From Octopus sinensis (taxonomy: Eukaryota), in contig NC_043005.1 in NCBI RefSeq assembly GCF_006345805.1, positions 9,052,001-9,116,000 of the forward strand: a DNA stretch of 64,000 nucleotides, given 5' to 3'. Of the stretch, positions 24,701 through 37,464 are shown piece after piece; within the stretch, counting starts at the first letter, position 1, and every line of letters begins with the position of its first letter. The notes under the pieces were generated by a model, which was not told the origin of the DNA, did no database searches, and saw only the letters and a list, made by a program, of their open reading frames with translations. The translations under genes were made by a program, and so were the position numbers.

Positions 24701-25761
24701 CAATCATTTTGAATACAACTTAGCTATAGGTGAAAATAGTTGTAACATGAGAATTAATGATGCTATTCTTATATAAATATAAACCAGAAATTAGCAACAG
24801 AATTGAACTGAATTGAAAAGCGTGAAGTTAACATTGTAACTACTTTGCTTTTCTTCAACTAGCCTTCTCCTAATTTCTAAATTATTTCTCACACACATTC
24901 ACAAAATGACGGCAACATATTTTGCCACACACTATCATATGAATATATTACTTATAATTTACCCACACTGCAATACTTCAAGTAAATTTATATTGTCTTT
25001 CGTAAACGAGACTTTATATATATAACAACATCATTGTATAATCAAAGAATCTGAAGTAGTCATTAGAAATCCATCCATCAGAAATTGTGACCTGAACATG
25101 ACATATCCGCTTCAGGAACTCACATTAAAGTGTACTGCTGACGCCTTCCCTTAGATGTATATCAGAGTGAATACAATAACAAACTCCTTTTTATTAAACT
25201 ACATAAAGACTATCCCCACCATTTCTTTCTCTCTACTTACACCCTACAAACAATTATTTTCCTCTTGTTTCTCCTCCTTTCTTACGCAAGCACTTCCATA
25301 TACTGACTACAGTACATCTAATTTCCATTTATATTGATCGATCATTCTAGGAACAGCGTACCATGAACAGTATATGTAAGGCTTGAAAGACCACAGTCTG
25401 ATGACGCCCAGTAAACCGACTCATCGAAATCTCTGTAAGCTTTTTATCTTTTAGAAAGAGTAAATATGACCTCAAGTAAAAACATTAACAAATATTTCAA
25501 TTTAATGATAAATAAATTGATTTTTTATAAATATAATTAATTACAAAATCTAACATTTATATCGTATGTAAAACTAAATTTTAATTCAGTTAAAAGAAAC
25601 TCAAAACATTACCCCTCCCCCGTACCATTCATAAATTACGCTATAACCTCCATTAGTTGATATAATTGTGAATAATCCCCACTATTTTAAGATTAGCGAC
25701 CTACTATATTTCCTATTGTAACTCTATTGTGTTTGTACATATGACTATATTTGTGTATACC

Positions 25762-25998
25762 TATTTCTTTACTACCCACAAGGGGCTAAACATGGACGGG
25801 ACAAACAAGGACAGAAAAATGGATTAAGTCGATTATATCGACCCCCAGTGCGTAACTGGTACTTATTTAATCGACCCCGAAAGAATGAAAGGCAAAGTCG
25901 ACCTCGGTGGAATTTGAACTCAGAACGTAGCGGCAGACGAAATACCGCTAAGCATCTCACCCGGCGTGCTAATGTTTCTGCCAGATCGCTGCCTTAAG
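25762..25998 (-). mobile_element. SINE-B copy
   Basis: Full head and body; 20-bp TSD TGACTATATTTGTGTATACC at 25742-25761 and 25999-26018. Confidence 0.92.
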
Positions 25999-27079
25999 TG
26001 ACTATATTTGTGTATACCGTAATTGCTTCTCCTCCCTGATTGTTGCTGTATCCTTCCTAACTTTCTCTCTACCCTATTCTTCGCTAAGTATGATTCCGCT
26101 CTTGTCAACGGAAAGCTTGTTATTTTTTTTTTCTTTCTTAAGAGTGTCACAAACGTACATTGATATTATACAAATATATTAATATTTTAGGTAGATTATC
26201 TCCCGAAATATAAGACGTAATGGAGAATCGAGACATTAGTATTCGTTAAACAGATCTGTGTGTTTAAAATGCTACGATACCCGTCATCACACCTTACTTA
26301 GGCTTGGGGGTAATTTAGAATATACACAAGCATCTAAAGGAATATTTTATATTTGTTTTTATTTGCATTCAGCAATCTTTATTTCCCCGAGATTTATTCA
26401 ATATTAGAATATGATTTTTGCAAAGGAATATTCATGCATTGAAGATATTTTCATATGACTGAGTCTGCCCTAGCATCAGGAATCGAATAAAGCAAAATAA
26501 GCTAACAAATTACCGATTCGTTTGTCTGTTTCAGATATTGTTCTGTATCATATAACGTTATTAATCTCTGAGCTAAAATACATTATATTGAAAATCTACA
26601 ATAGCAAAAGCTATTCTGATTCGTTATTTTAATTATCTCTACGCAATAAAAGTGTTGCTAATAGCAAAACATCAACTTCAAGAAATCAAGTCTGTAGTGT
26701 CTATTATTTGCATATATAAACGTTTATGATATTATTGTTGTAGTTGTACACATCCAGGTCAATCCTGCAGAGAAAATGTAAGGTCAACTATAATCGAAAA
26801 CTGACCGTTCCTTCCCTGTCTTGTGAATTGCGTATCGTATCAATGACTGCATTATCCTTTGTGTCCTTCACTTTTCAAGATGGTTGCGTGTAGTTTAAAG
26901 GTGTAACTCCTATTTCTAGCGCATCTTGTTACCTTGTTGAGACGACTTAATACAAGCGTTATTTTTCCAGAACACCTCAAAGATGAGGTAGGAATTCAAC
27001 CCAAGTACATAAACTATTAATTGTTTTATCAACCTTTTGCATGGTTGATAATGTCAATTAGCAATTTGTAATTTTACTC

Positions 27080-27442
27080 ATCTTTTACATGTTTCAGTCA
27101 ATGGATTTGCGGCCATGCTGGGGCATCGACTTAAAGAGTTTTATTCGAACTAATCGCCCCCCTGTGCTTTGGGACTTACTATACCCGTCTCGTTTATCGA
27201 AACGTGAAGTTGCGAGGGCGTAAACATAACAACACTAGTTGTCAAGCGTTGGTGGGGGATAATCACAGACACAGCGATACACATATTATATAATATATAT
27301 ACATATATATACGACAGGCTTCATTCAGTTTCCGTCCACCAAATCCATTCACAAGTCTGTGGATCCGCGCAATGTGCCAAGCAGTAGGGCTGTACTCGGG
27401 ACCATACGGTCGGGAAGCAAGCTACTTACCACATAGCCACAC
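27080..27442 (-). mobile_element. Diverged SINE-C copy
   Basis: Tail TGTTTCAGTCAATGGATTTGCGGCCATGCTGG and head AAGCAAGCTACTTACCACATAGCCAC on the + strand. Confidence 0.8.
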
Positions 27443-29325
27443 TATGTCTAACTTTATGAGTATCAGGTGAATAGATACTTAAAAAAATTGTTGTTTTCAC
27501 AACTGTTGATACGTCTTTATAACAGTAACACATGCAAAGAAACCAACAATGAACTATAAATGTGTGCGGATAAAGATGTATTTACATTTACGATACTTTA
27601 TTTATACATTTATATAATTACTCAGGAGGTAGAAATAAGAGATTACAGATGAAGCGTGCAAAAGATAGAACGTCGGTATTCAGATTTGTTATCTGATCAA
27701 CAATCCTTAATTTCTTTTCCAAATATTATCACAGAACCCGACCAAACCCCTCTCCTATGAACGTGAGTATATTACAATCGTCTCTGTATCTTGGTGTTAC
27801 AAGTATTGGTCACTTAGAACTTAAAAACCTCAGTCGCCTTTGCATTTCGTTAACAAGGCTAATAAGGGTCTCATTAATAAGGCTCACAAGGACGGTACAC
27901 ATTGCGGATAAGCTGAACCATACAATATCCTTCAAATTTTGCCGAAGTCTAGCAAAATATACTTTTGTCACTCTAGAGTTACTCACAGCACCAACGCAAG
28001 CGGTATTCTCATCGTTTCAGAGATATGTGTAACGTTAATGTGTAATGTTAATTTATGGCGAGATGGAAAACAGATAAAAGTATTGAATTTAAACTACGTT
28101 CGTGCGCATACACCGATGTCTACATTTTCTTTCTTATCAGTCAATAAGAAATCAAGTATTAACTTTGTTATTTCCTCGAATCCCTCTTATTAGCATGAAC
28201 GATTATATAAGGAATCTAGCCCAACTATCACCAAAACTTCCTTAAATCGAGTGACCATTATATATGAGAAATATTATATTTCGTATATGAATACAGCTTC
28301 GTTCTCTTTGGACGAGGAAGTCAAACTGCTTTAAAAAATAATGCCCAGGAAGTTATTTATTAAAGCGTCAAGTGCAGTAAGCAATTATATTTTCTTCTTC
28401 TATTTTTATTACGAAGTACTTTCTAAGGTTTTACACGTTTTGTTTTACACATTCAAGTACCTTAGATTTTATGCCACAGCCTTCATGGTGGTATTTCATC
28501 TTTACTTACTGCGTTTATGAATATGTCATGGATCAATACGGTGTCATTCACTTCCATATTTGGCTTAGGTTTGCGATGGATCTCAATATAAATGGTATGA
28601 TGGTTTTAACAAAGTAGAAATATTTGTTTGATTTTATTTGATTATATATTTGGATACGAATTTTATAACGTACTGTTTGGCTATAAGTTGCAGGCAACAT
28701 AACAACAAATGTAAAGAAAATATTAAAAATCTTTTACACGTAACTTAATAGACATCGGTCATTCCGTGTTTCACGAAAACTATGTAGTTTAATGATAATT
28801 GTACCACTCAATTCCGAAGAGAAGACGTAGTTGACACTCATAAAATATGATTTTGGGGAAAACATTACTTATAGTGAAATAGAGAAAAACGTAATCCAAT
28901 GAAATAGAAAAAATAAAAACAAGATAAAATGAATTTACTTCACCTGAAAGCATACAAGTATTGAAACGTTTTTATTTTATTTTATCAGTGAACCTGTCCT
29001 AACATTAGAAGAAGTGAAGAAGATAAGTTAATAAACCAGTGATGGATTAAACTTTAAATCATTGTCGTAAATTAGAAACTACAGTGTATGTTCTATAAAT
29101 ATATTGAATGATTAAATATGTTTCAAATTGTCTTCTCAATCAGGTCTTGTCGTGTGATTGAGCAAACCTGCGACTAAATACAATATATTCATGACTATGC
29201 CGATCCCATCAGTGACTATATTCTCCATCACGCCCACCATTTTTCAAGACGGTTCAGAAGAATGTTATTTAATGTAAATTTTATTGTTTTACTGAATTGT
29301 GTGATAGTGTGTGAGTGTATTTGTG

Positions 29326-29387
<62 letters not shown>

Positions 29388-29410
29388 GTGTGTGTGTGTG
29401 TGTGCGTGCG

Positions 29411-29603
29411 TACCGTTGGCGATTTTTTTCCTCCGTCTTCCCTTCCTTGGATCTTTCCTTTTCCTATGTTTCTGACGAAGAGCTCCGCTCGAAACGTTAA
29501 ATCCTCCTTTTTTTCCTTTCCTGAGCGTCCAATAACACTATACTTGTTCCACGTTCTTGCGTTGTTTTATTTTCTCTTTGTGTTTTCATGTTCGGATTAA
29601 CTA
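29411..29603 (+). mobile_element. Hammerhead-bearing short element, family B (Penelope pLTR-like)
   Basis: About 190-bp pyrimidine-rich unit between (TG)n and (TA)n; second copy at 46691-46885. Confidence 0.7.
29468..29502 (+). ncRNA. Minimal type I hammerhead ribozyme motif, intact core
   Basis: GTTT-CTGACGA-A-GAGC-TCC-GCTC-GAAA-C-GTT-AAAT: CUGANGA and GAAA intact, 4-bp helix II, AACGUU palindrome for a dimeric helix III, 4-bp helix I with one G-U. Confidence 0.7.
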
Positions 29604-29704
29604 TATATATATATACGTGCTTGTGTGTGTGTTGTGTGTGTGTACATACATATACATACAAATACACGTTGGTATATATATTGTATATGTATATATGTAT
29701 GTAT

Positions 29705-29935
29705 ATATATAAATAAGTTCAGCAAAATTTAGATTCAAATGAATACGGTACTTAAGTTAGATGCACCAGAATTTTGTATGGTGTTATCCATATAAACCCA
29801 AGGGCTGATTATAATCAAAATCAGCAACAAGAATAACTTCGGTAATTTGGTACGATCGTTTCACACTACATCATTTTATTAAATGTTGTAAGTATTACAA
29901 CTGTTTTAAAATGCTGAGCACTCATCAGCCATTAA
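29705..29935 (-). mobile_element. Hammerhead-bearing element, family C
   Basis: Shares ATGAATA(C/T)GGTACTTAAGTT...GCACC(A/G)GAATT with 36968-37130 and 60015-60110; abuts (TA)n. Confidence 0.7.
29848..29931 (-). ncRNA. Type I hammerhead ribozyme motif with extended helix II, intact core
   Basis: TGG-CTGATGA-GTGCT-[about 55-nt self-pairing insert incl. GTTGTAA/TTACAAC and CATTTTA/TAAAATG]-AGTGT-GAAA-CGATCG-TA-CCA; ACGAUCGU palindrome; helix II base is wobble-rich. Confidence 0.6.
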
Positions 29936-30184
29936 TAGAGGTTTTCCATTAATACATAATTTTCATATCAAGTGATAACATTATAGAGAAGGTAGATATA
30001 TAGACAAAGATGTGGATTTAAATTTTAAGAACATTTAAGGTAGTGGAGTTTATCAACTGACTGAATAATATTCAGTGCTATGAACTGCTAGAAGGTTCTG
30101 AGAAGAATGGACAAATGAAAGACCAGAAAAATTTTCTATTTATAGAACTAGGGGTGAAATAGATGTCAAACTTCCATATAAAGA

Positions 30185-30228
30185 AATTTAGGTAGATAGA
30201 AAAGGGTTGTTTTCTATCTACCTAAATT
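30185..30228. repeat. Perfect 19-bp hairpin, 6-nt loop
   Basis: AATTTAGGTAGATAGAAAA-GGGTTG-TTTTCTATCTACCTAAATT. Confidence 0.95.
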
Positions 30229-32456
30229 CCGATCGATCGATAGATGGATCAATGGATGGATGGATGGATGTATGTGGGGGGTGTATGTGTGTGTGTGTGT
30301 GTTTGCGCGCTTTGTTTGGAGATTTTGAGATGTTAACATAAATTTAGATGTGGTGGTCAGGGATAGGCCGCCCACATAATTTGGAATTTCTCCGTTTACA
30401 CGGGAATTTTTCAGATTTTTTTTCACTTTGCTCTAGGAAATGAGGCGTGGCGGGGGATCTTTTGAACAAGAGCAATTCTCGAAAATGGTCAATTTAGAGG
30501 GCACTACGCACTTACAAACCAGGGGAGAAACCTTTCCGTTACATAAAAAATAATTCAACCCCACATTTATGAATTTGTTTCTCTCAGGATGATACATGGA
30601 ATATCTTTCTTCTTTTATTTTCTTTTAACGAAAATGATTCTCCCCTCGTTCTTAAGCGTGTAGTGCATACAAAATCGACCAAAATCGGTCCGAGATGAGG
30701 AGTTTAAAAAAAATCATCATATTCCTGACGTCCCCCAACATAGAAATGAAACTATAAGAAAATCTGTATTACTGTTCCTTTCACTTTGGATCTATTCTCA
30801 TCGAGCAGACGACATCTGATAACGAATATGTTTTGAGGTGTGAAGGACCACTTTATCCAATATTTTCTTCCTTTAATTGAGTCATTAATGTGTGAGTGAT
30901 TTGAAGATGTTGTACTATGTAGCAGCTCCATAATTTTACAGCGATTCATGTGTTGTACATGACAACAGTACTTAAGCAGCGAAGTTTGCCGAAAATCTAT
31001 TCAATGCTTCAGATGGCGAATTGGCCAGAATAGAACTAGAAGTGGTATCCTAAATCATAGTTTAAATACAATGATATACGCATATACGTGTGTGTGTATA
31101 CATACACACATTTACATATACATGTAAATGCATACTACATATATATGTATATATATATATGTGTGTGTGTGTGTGTACGTATGTATATATATATATATAT
31201 ATAACTACACACACATATACTTACTCTTTTACTTGTTTCAGTCAGTTGACTGTGGCCATGCTGGAGCAATACACACACACACACTTCAGTAATTCTCTTA
31301 GTATAAACGTGAGACCTTGTGGCATTGAAATTGGCAATAAAGTGACATATATATATATATAATATATATATATTATATATATATATATTAAGTACATTGG
31401 ATTGGGAAAAAATAATAGGAAGAAATATATGTTCATAAATGTTTTCCTTATAATAGAAGGATAAATATTAAGACTTACTTGATTTAGCACTATATAATCA
31501 AATATATTGAGGATTTCTTCTTAAGTGTAAATATGTTTTGAATTAATTGAAATTTGGTTATTTTTGTTGTATTTATATTTTAAGGACGTCTTCGAAGGTG
31601 ATTTACATGAATTGATAAATCTTGAGGTAAAATAAAATACATGCAATAGCAATTGGCCATGAAGGAACTATAAATGAACTGGAAGAAAGCAGACGACACT
31701 ATCAGGAGGAAGATGGACCGAGTAGTAGGAGGAGGTAAGAGCAGGGAGATTAAGACGAAATGAGAGAGAAATATACACATATTACGAAAGAGAGATAAAA
31801 AGAGAGAGAGAGAGAGAGAGGGACAGAAAGAGAGAGGGAGAGAGAGAGGGAAAGAAAGAGAGAGGGAGAGAAAGGGGGAGAGAGAGAGGGAAAAAGACAG
31901 AGAGAGACAGACAGACAGACATCAGACAGACAGACATCAGACAAACTGAAAGACAGATAATAAAATGGAGAGTAAGCGGACTCTGAAAATGTAAAAGAGG
32001 AAAAATTTATAATGGAGTGGGAGATGAAGAGAGGGTAAGAGAGATAGAAAGAAGCAATTCATTATATAAGAGAAGCCTTACGTACACACATGCACACACA
32101 CATGAGTTCACTCCACACATACGCACATATATGTAGACAAACACACGCACACACATTCACAGATACACGCGCACTCACTCACATAGGTACACACGAGAGC
32201 ATACACACATTCGCATTGCAATTCGGTTTCGTAAGTGTTAACCGGTGAAAAAAACGTATAAGTAGCAAGAGATATGTTGAAACAGGACGAGACGCGAACG
32301 AAAAGATACATCGTATAGATTGAGGACAGGAAAATGAATTCAACCAATTGATACACAAAGAGAAAACGTTATGCACGTCGTGTAAGAATAGAAAGCGATA
32401 CGTCATGGCAGACGTAACTGTTTTGACTGAGAAAATATTTGACTGGCAAATAGCAC

Positions 32457-32622
32457 AATCATCATCATTGTTCGACCGTTGTCGAGACAATGGAACTTAC
32501 CATGCTACGCCAGACTTCACGGTCTATCATGGCATTACGGAGGTCCTGTTGCTGGATGCCTGTATCCCTGGAGATTACATCAGGTAGGAGAGTGTGCGCC
32601 CTCTGGTGTTGCGAGTAGATGG
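32457..32622 (-). mobile_element. 3' end of an RTE-like LINE
   Basis: DVISRDTGIQQQDLRNAMIDREVWRSMVSSIVSTTVEQ* followed by a (TGA)n tail; resembles the RTE C-terminal DR..WR motif. Confidence 0.75.
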
Positions 32623-33143
32623 CACAAACTCCACACCACACACACACACACACACACACACCTACACACGTACTTACAATACACAGAAATTATACAGCCA
32701 TACATATATACGTTCATACATACATCTACTTAGAGTTTTTGTGTATCCGTGTCACTATATAAATGTATATACGTACTATGAAACAATATGAGTCGAACTT
32801 TAAAACAATTAAACAATTTATGATTTAATATTTTATAAAACGTTCATACTAAATAAGGATGTGCATGAAATATAAATTTTACTATGAACTGCCATTAAGT
32901 AAGATTTACAATAAAATTAGACATTGATCGTGAGATTTATCATATTAGAAGAGAATAAAATTTTGAGAGCTACTAAAAACAAATCTTCTAAAATCGTTTT
33001 AAATAATGAAATATAATTTTAAGATGGTCTAACATGGTGCATATAATTCATGAACAAAAAATGCAGACACCTGCTTTAAAAATACCTGTGCGCAAATGTG
33101 GCTGGAATATATGTTTGTATATCGCGCGACGAGTATGAGTATA

Positions 33144-33685
33144 CGGTGGGGGGGGATAAATATTCATACATGTCAAAATTCTTCATTTATTTCATTTCTA
33201 ATGAACATAAATGGGATATACCAATACTATATTTGCATACACATGCATAAACTAAGAATATGCAAAAGAAACTGATAAATTATAGTAACTAAGGAATTTG
33301 TATTCAATTATAAATATTTGTACTGAACATAAATAACTGATAATTCTGATTTAATACTTCGTAACATAACCATTATTCAGTTCCACTTCAACCAATCTCT
33401 TCTTGTAGTTCCTAATCAATGACTTACATGTTTCTTTAGGAATTTTTTCCCATTCTTCTTGACAAATTTTCTTCAAATCTGCATTGCACGTTGGGGCTCT
33501 TGAATGAATTTTAATTTTCAAATAACGCCACAAATATTCAATGGGGTTCAAGTCAGGTGACTGCCTTGGCCATTCTAATAATTTTGTATTGTGATCGACA
33601 ATTCATTTTTTGGTAGACTTCGCCGTGTGCTTAGGGTCGTTACCCTGTTGTAAAACCCACCCTTCACAAAGCTGGAGCTTTTATA
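33144..33685 (-). pseudogene. Tc1 transposase C-terminal remnant with 3' terminus
   Basis: WVLQQGNDPKHTAKSTKK*...[23 protein letters not shown]...CQEEWEKIP...NGYVTKY*; TA then CGGTGGGGGGGGATAAATATTC terminus at 33142. Confidence 0.92.
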
Positions 33686-34386
33686 CAGAATCCCATAAAT
33701 TATTGTTATAGGGAATTTTGTGGTTTACACTGTTCTCTCTAGCGTGTTGAATTGCCTATAAGTGGATTCCTTATGTGTTTAAATATACACTATATCGTAT
33801 GACTAATATATAGTCATCTTGACTAATTGTTTTGCGCATTAGACCACTGGAAATGTAAATTTTGATTGAATGTTTTAATTTTAATTAAATTCCATTTCCC
33901 TTTCACATGATAAAATATCTATATATATATATATATATATTTACTTTCATAAGTGTTAGTGTATTTACCAATATATGTACGTGTGTGTGTTTGTAAACAG
34001 ACTAACAGGTATGCTAGTATATTGATAGGTGGTATAACAAAATATAAATTCATTCAAAAATATTTTGCTTATATTATAACAATTGATATAAATCCATTTG
34101 ACACGATATAACAAAATGATATCTTAAGAAGATCTATGTATTCCCTTTTGAAGTATGCAAACGTGAATATTTTCATGATTATTTGCATTTTAAAAGATTG
34201 TCCGGGAAAATTGTCTTTTATGGACAACATGCAATACCGACTAGTTATGGAGAAACTGTGGTAGAAAAGATCTCACTGGAAGAAGCAGACGACACTATTT
34301 GAGTTGTAGGGGCAAGTAAAGTGGAAGATTTAGAGAAACAGAAACAGGGAAAGAAATATATGTAATGAACATGTGGTTATATGTAG

Positions 34387-34421
<35 letters not shown>

Positions 34422-34683
34422 GAGAAGGGACAGAAAGAGAAACAGACAGAAAGAGAGGACAGAGAAAGAAAGAAAGATAGAACGAAAGAAAGTATGTACA
34501 TGCATACATACGATCGATCGATCGATCCATCCATTCATGCATCCATCCATCTATCTGTTATGTCGTACGTTCGGATGACCTATACTCTACTCTCACTGCT
34601 ACTCTGCTCGACGTCTAGGCTTCTCCCTCTATATCTACGTATTGGGCTAGCCTACTTCCTCGTCTGGGGGCGTCCACACAATA

Positions 34684-34740
<57 letters not shown>

Positions 34741-35248
34741 ATACTATATCCATCTATCTATCTATCAGCTTGTTTATCTGTCTGTCTGTCCGTCTGTCTT
34801 TCTCTGTGTCTGTGTTTGTGTGAGTTTCAATGCAAGTATGTACATACTTAAATACATATAAACTAATGCATGCAGGTGTTTGATTACACTAACTTAAATT
34901 TGGGACTTTGAACCTATGCAAGAAAGAATAGGCCAACGAAGTAACCAAGTAATTTATTGCTAATTCTACATTGCTGGCAGCGAGAATAGTCTTGTACAGA
35001 ATGAATTCAGGTTTAGAATTTATCGCATTTTATGAAATACTATTCTCGCCTTAACAACAGGGGTGGGCATTAAAGCATAATTCATTCAGTATACAAACTG
35101 GTCTGAACGAGAAAGCGAACAAACTACTCTCAAACATGGCATTCATGCTGAAAGGTTATAAGGTTATATCGCCAACACAGTTTTAAGGAAGAGTTAAAAA
35201 TGATTTTGTAGGTAAACTGAATTTGTCCAAGCACATGTAAGTGCAAGT

Positions 35249-35608
35249 GTGGAGGCGCAATGGCCCTGTGGTTAGGGCAACGGACTCGCGGTCATAGGAT
35301 CGCGGTTTCGATTCCCAGACCGGGCGTTGTGAGTGTTTATTGAGCGAAAACACCTAAAGCTCCACGACGCTCCGGCAGGGGATGGTGGTGATCCTGCTGT
35401 ACTCTTCACCACAACTTTCTCTCACTCTTACTTCCTGTTTCTGTTGTACCTGTATTCAAAGGGCCGTCCTTGTCACTCTCTGTGTCACGCTGAATATGTC
35501 CGAGAACTACGTTAAGGGTGCATGTGTCTGTGGAGTGCTCAGCCATTTACACGTTAATTTCACGAGCAGGCTGTTCCGTTGATCGTAACCGACGGAGTGC
35601 TTCCATCC
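35249..35608 (+). mobile_element. SINE-A copy
   Basis: 10-bp TSD AAGTGCAAGT at 35239-35248 and 35609-35618; about 25 bp deleted from the 3' hairpin region. Confidence 0.92.
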
Positions 35609-35633
35609 AAGTGCAAGTATTTCTGCATATGAG

Positions 35634-35722
<89 letters not shown>

Positions 35723-36825
35723 GGGTTAAGCAACAAGTTGCTTCACCACATACCGAAAATTTAGAAGTAGCAGCCAAAAGCAGCTTATTCCTTTTTACTG
35801 CAGATATTACTCCACAGATAACAATATTTGTAGCTCACAGAGGCAAAACGAAGGAAAAATAACGAATTTAAACAGCCTTCGATTAATTGTGGAAGCGTTT
35901 CTGGGTTAGAATTATACAAATTCATTCCCATCCTCAATGATTCGATAATTTATAAATTATTAATAAATTAATAATCCTTTACCCTTATATTTGTAAATAT
36001 ATATATATATATTATATACTATATTATATATATATATATATTATATATTTATATATATATATATAGATTGATAGATAAAGAGGGATGGATAGCTATGGAT
36101 AAAGATATGCTAAAACATATCTATGCAGATAAGTTGTGTCGTCTGTGCATGTATGTGTATGTATGTTCATGTATATATGTGTATACTATATTTACACGCA
36201 TACAGATATATGAAATCGAAGCGGTAAGCGGTGGTGTATTTTAATAATATATACTCAACACTTCTATAACTTCTATACATGCATATATGCGTTCTCATAG
36301 GCCGTATGTTTGTACGTATTCGCTTTGTGTGTATTTGAATATATGTGATTGAGAGCGTTCGGTTACCTGAGAGTGTGCACTAGATTCCGTACACGTGTTC
36401 TACGTGTATGATTGCATTCACGCGTGTATTAGTGCCTGTGTAATACTGTGTACTATAGGTGCCAGAGATGCATTCCCTCACACTAAATAATATATTATCA
36501 GAGAAAAGGGACACTGCTGCTACTGCTTATATGACTGCCGGCAAATTGTTTGTCCGTATATTATTCCGTTTATTTTTTTTTGTGTGTCTTATATGATACG
36601 AACCTCTGCATGATCAAAATGTCTTAGTCCTTGTGCTACTGCTGAAGAGAGGGAAACGGTCAAGTTTTACATTTTTGAAATTATAAATCTGTCAAGAAAT
36701 ATATAAAGACAATAGTATGCGTGTCAATTTAGTCACATTATATATATGCTCGTATATATATCCATATGTTTGCATGCAAACACGTGGCTATAAATACAAA
36801 ATATCTACTATCTATCTATCTATCT

Positions 36826-36862
<37 letters not shown>

Positions 36863-37048
36863 TATCTATCTCTTCTCTCTATCTATCTATATATATATCT
36901 ATATCTATCTATTTATATATATATATATTATATTATATATATATAATAGAGAGAGAGGAGAGAGAGATACAGATGAATATGGTACTTAAGTTGAGGCACC
37001 AGAATTTATTGCGGTATTATCCAGACAATTTCAAAGTAAGGTGATTAA

Positions 37049-37432
37049 AATCAAAATAAGCAACAAGGATATCCAGTGGTAATGCAGTACGATCGTTTCA
37101 TGCAACCCCATTTAATTGAACAGATGGACACATTAGTATAATTATACCTAAAATCTCCAAGACGTTAAGGAAATAGACAAAGAACATGCTGTCTCACTCC
37201 ACTATAGAAATAACTTCTATGCTGGAGTGAGGCAGTATGTTCTTTGTCTATCTCCTGAACGTCTTGGAGATTTTAGGTCCATCTGTTCTAATTCAATTAA
37301 ATTCTATGCTTTTGTGCAGCTGAAAATTGCTCTGCCTTTTAAATTGATGTAATGATTGCATTGTTCAATTAAATGGAGTTGCATGAAACGATCGTACTGC
37401 CTTACATCTGAATATTATTGTTGGTTATTTTG
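37049..37432. repeat. Fold-back formed by two inverted family C copies
   Basis: Inner 64-bp arms 37146-37209 and 37215-37278 (6 differences, 5-nt loop); outer arms about 37049-37122 and 37361-37432. Confidence 0.9.
37316..37400 (+). ncRNA. Family C hammerhead motif with mutated core (CUGAAAA)
   Basis: GCAG-CTGAAAA-TTGC-[self-pairing insert]-GCAT-GAAA-CGATCG-TA-CTGC; 85 nt versus 84 nt for 29848-29931. Confidence 0.5.
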
Positions 37433-37464
37433 ATTATATATATATTGATATAAAGATATACATA

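Noticed and set aside
25391-25436. CTGATGA...GAAA hammerhead candidate
   Set aside because: No helix II, GATGA pairs with TCATC instead, and there is no helix I or III.
34556-34682. Possible solo LTR (TGT...ACA)
   Set aside because: Short, with no matching TSD and no second copy in the window.
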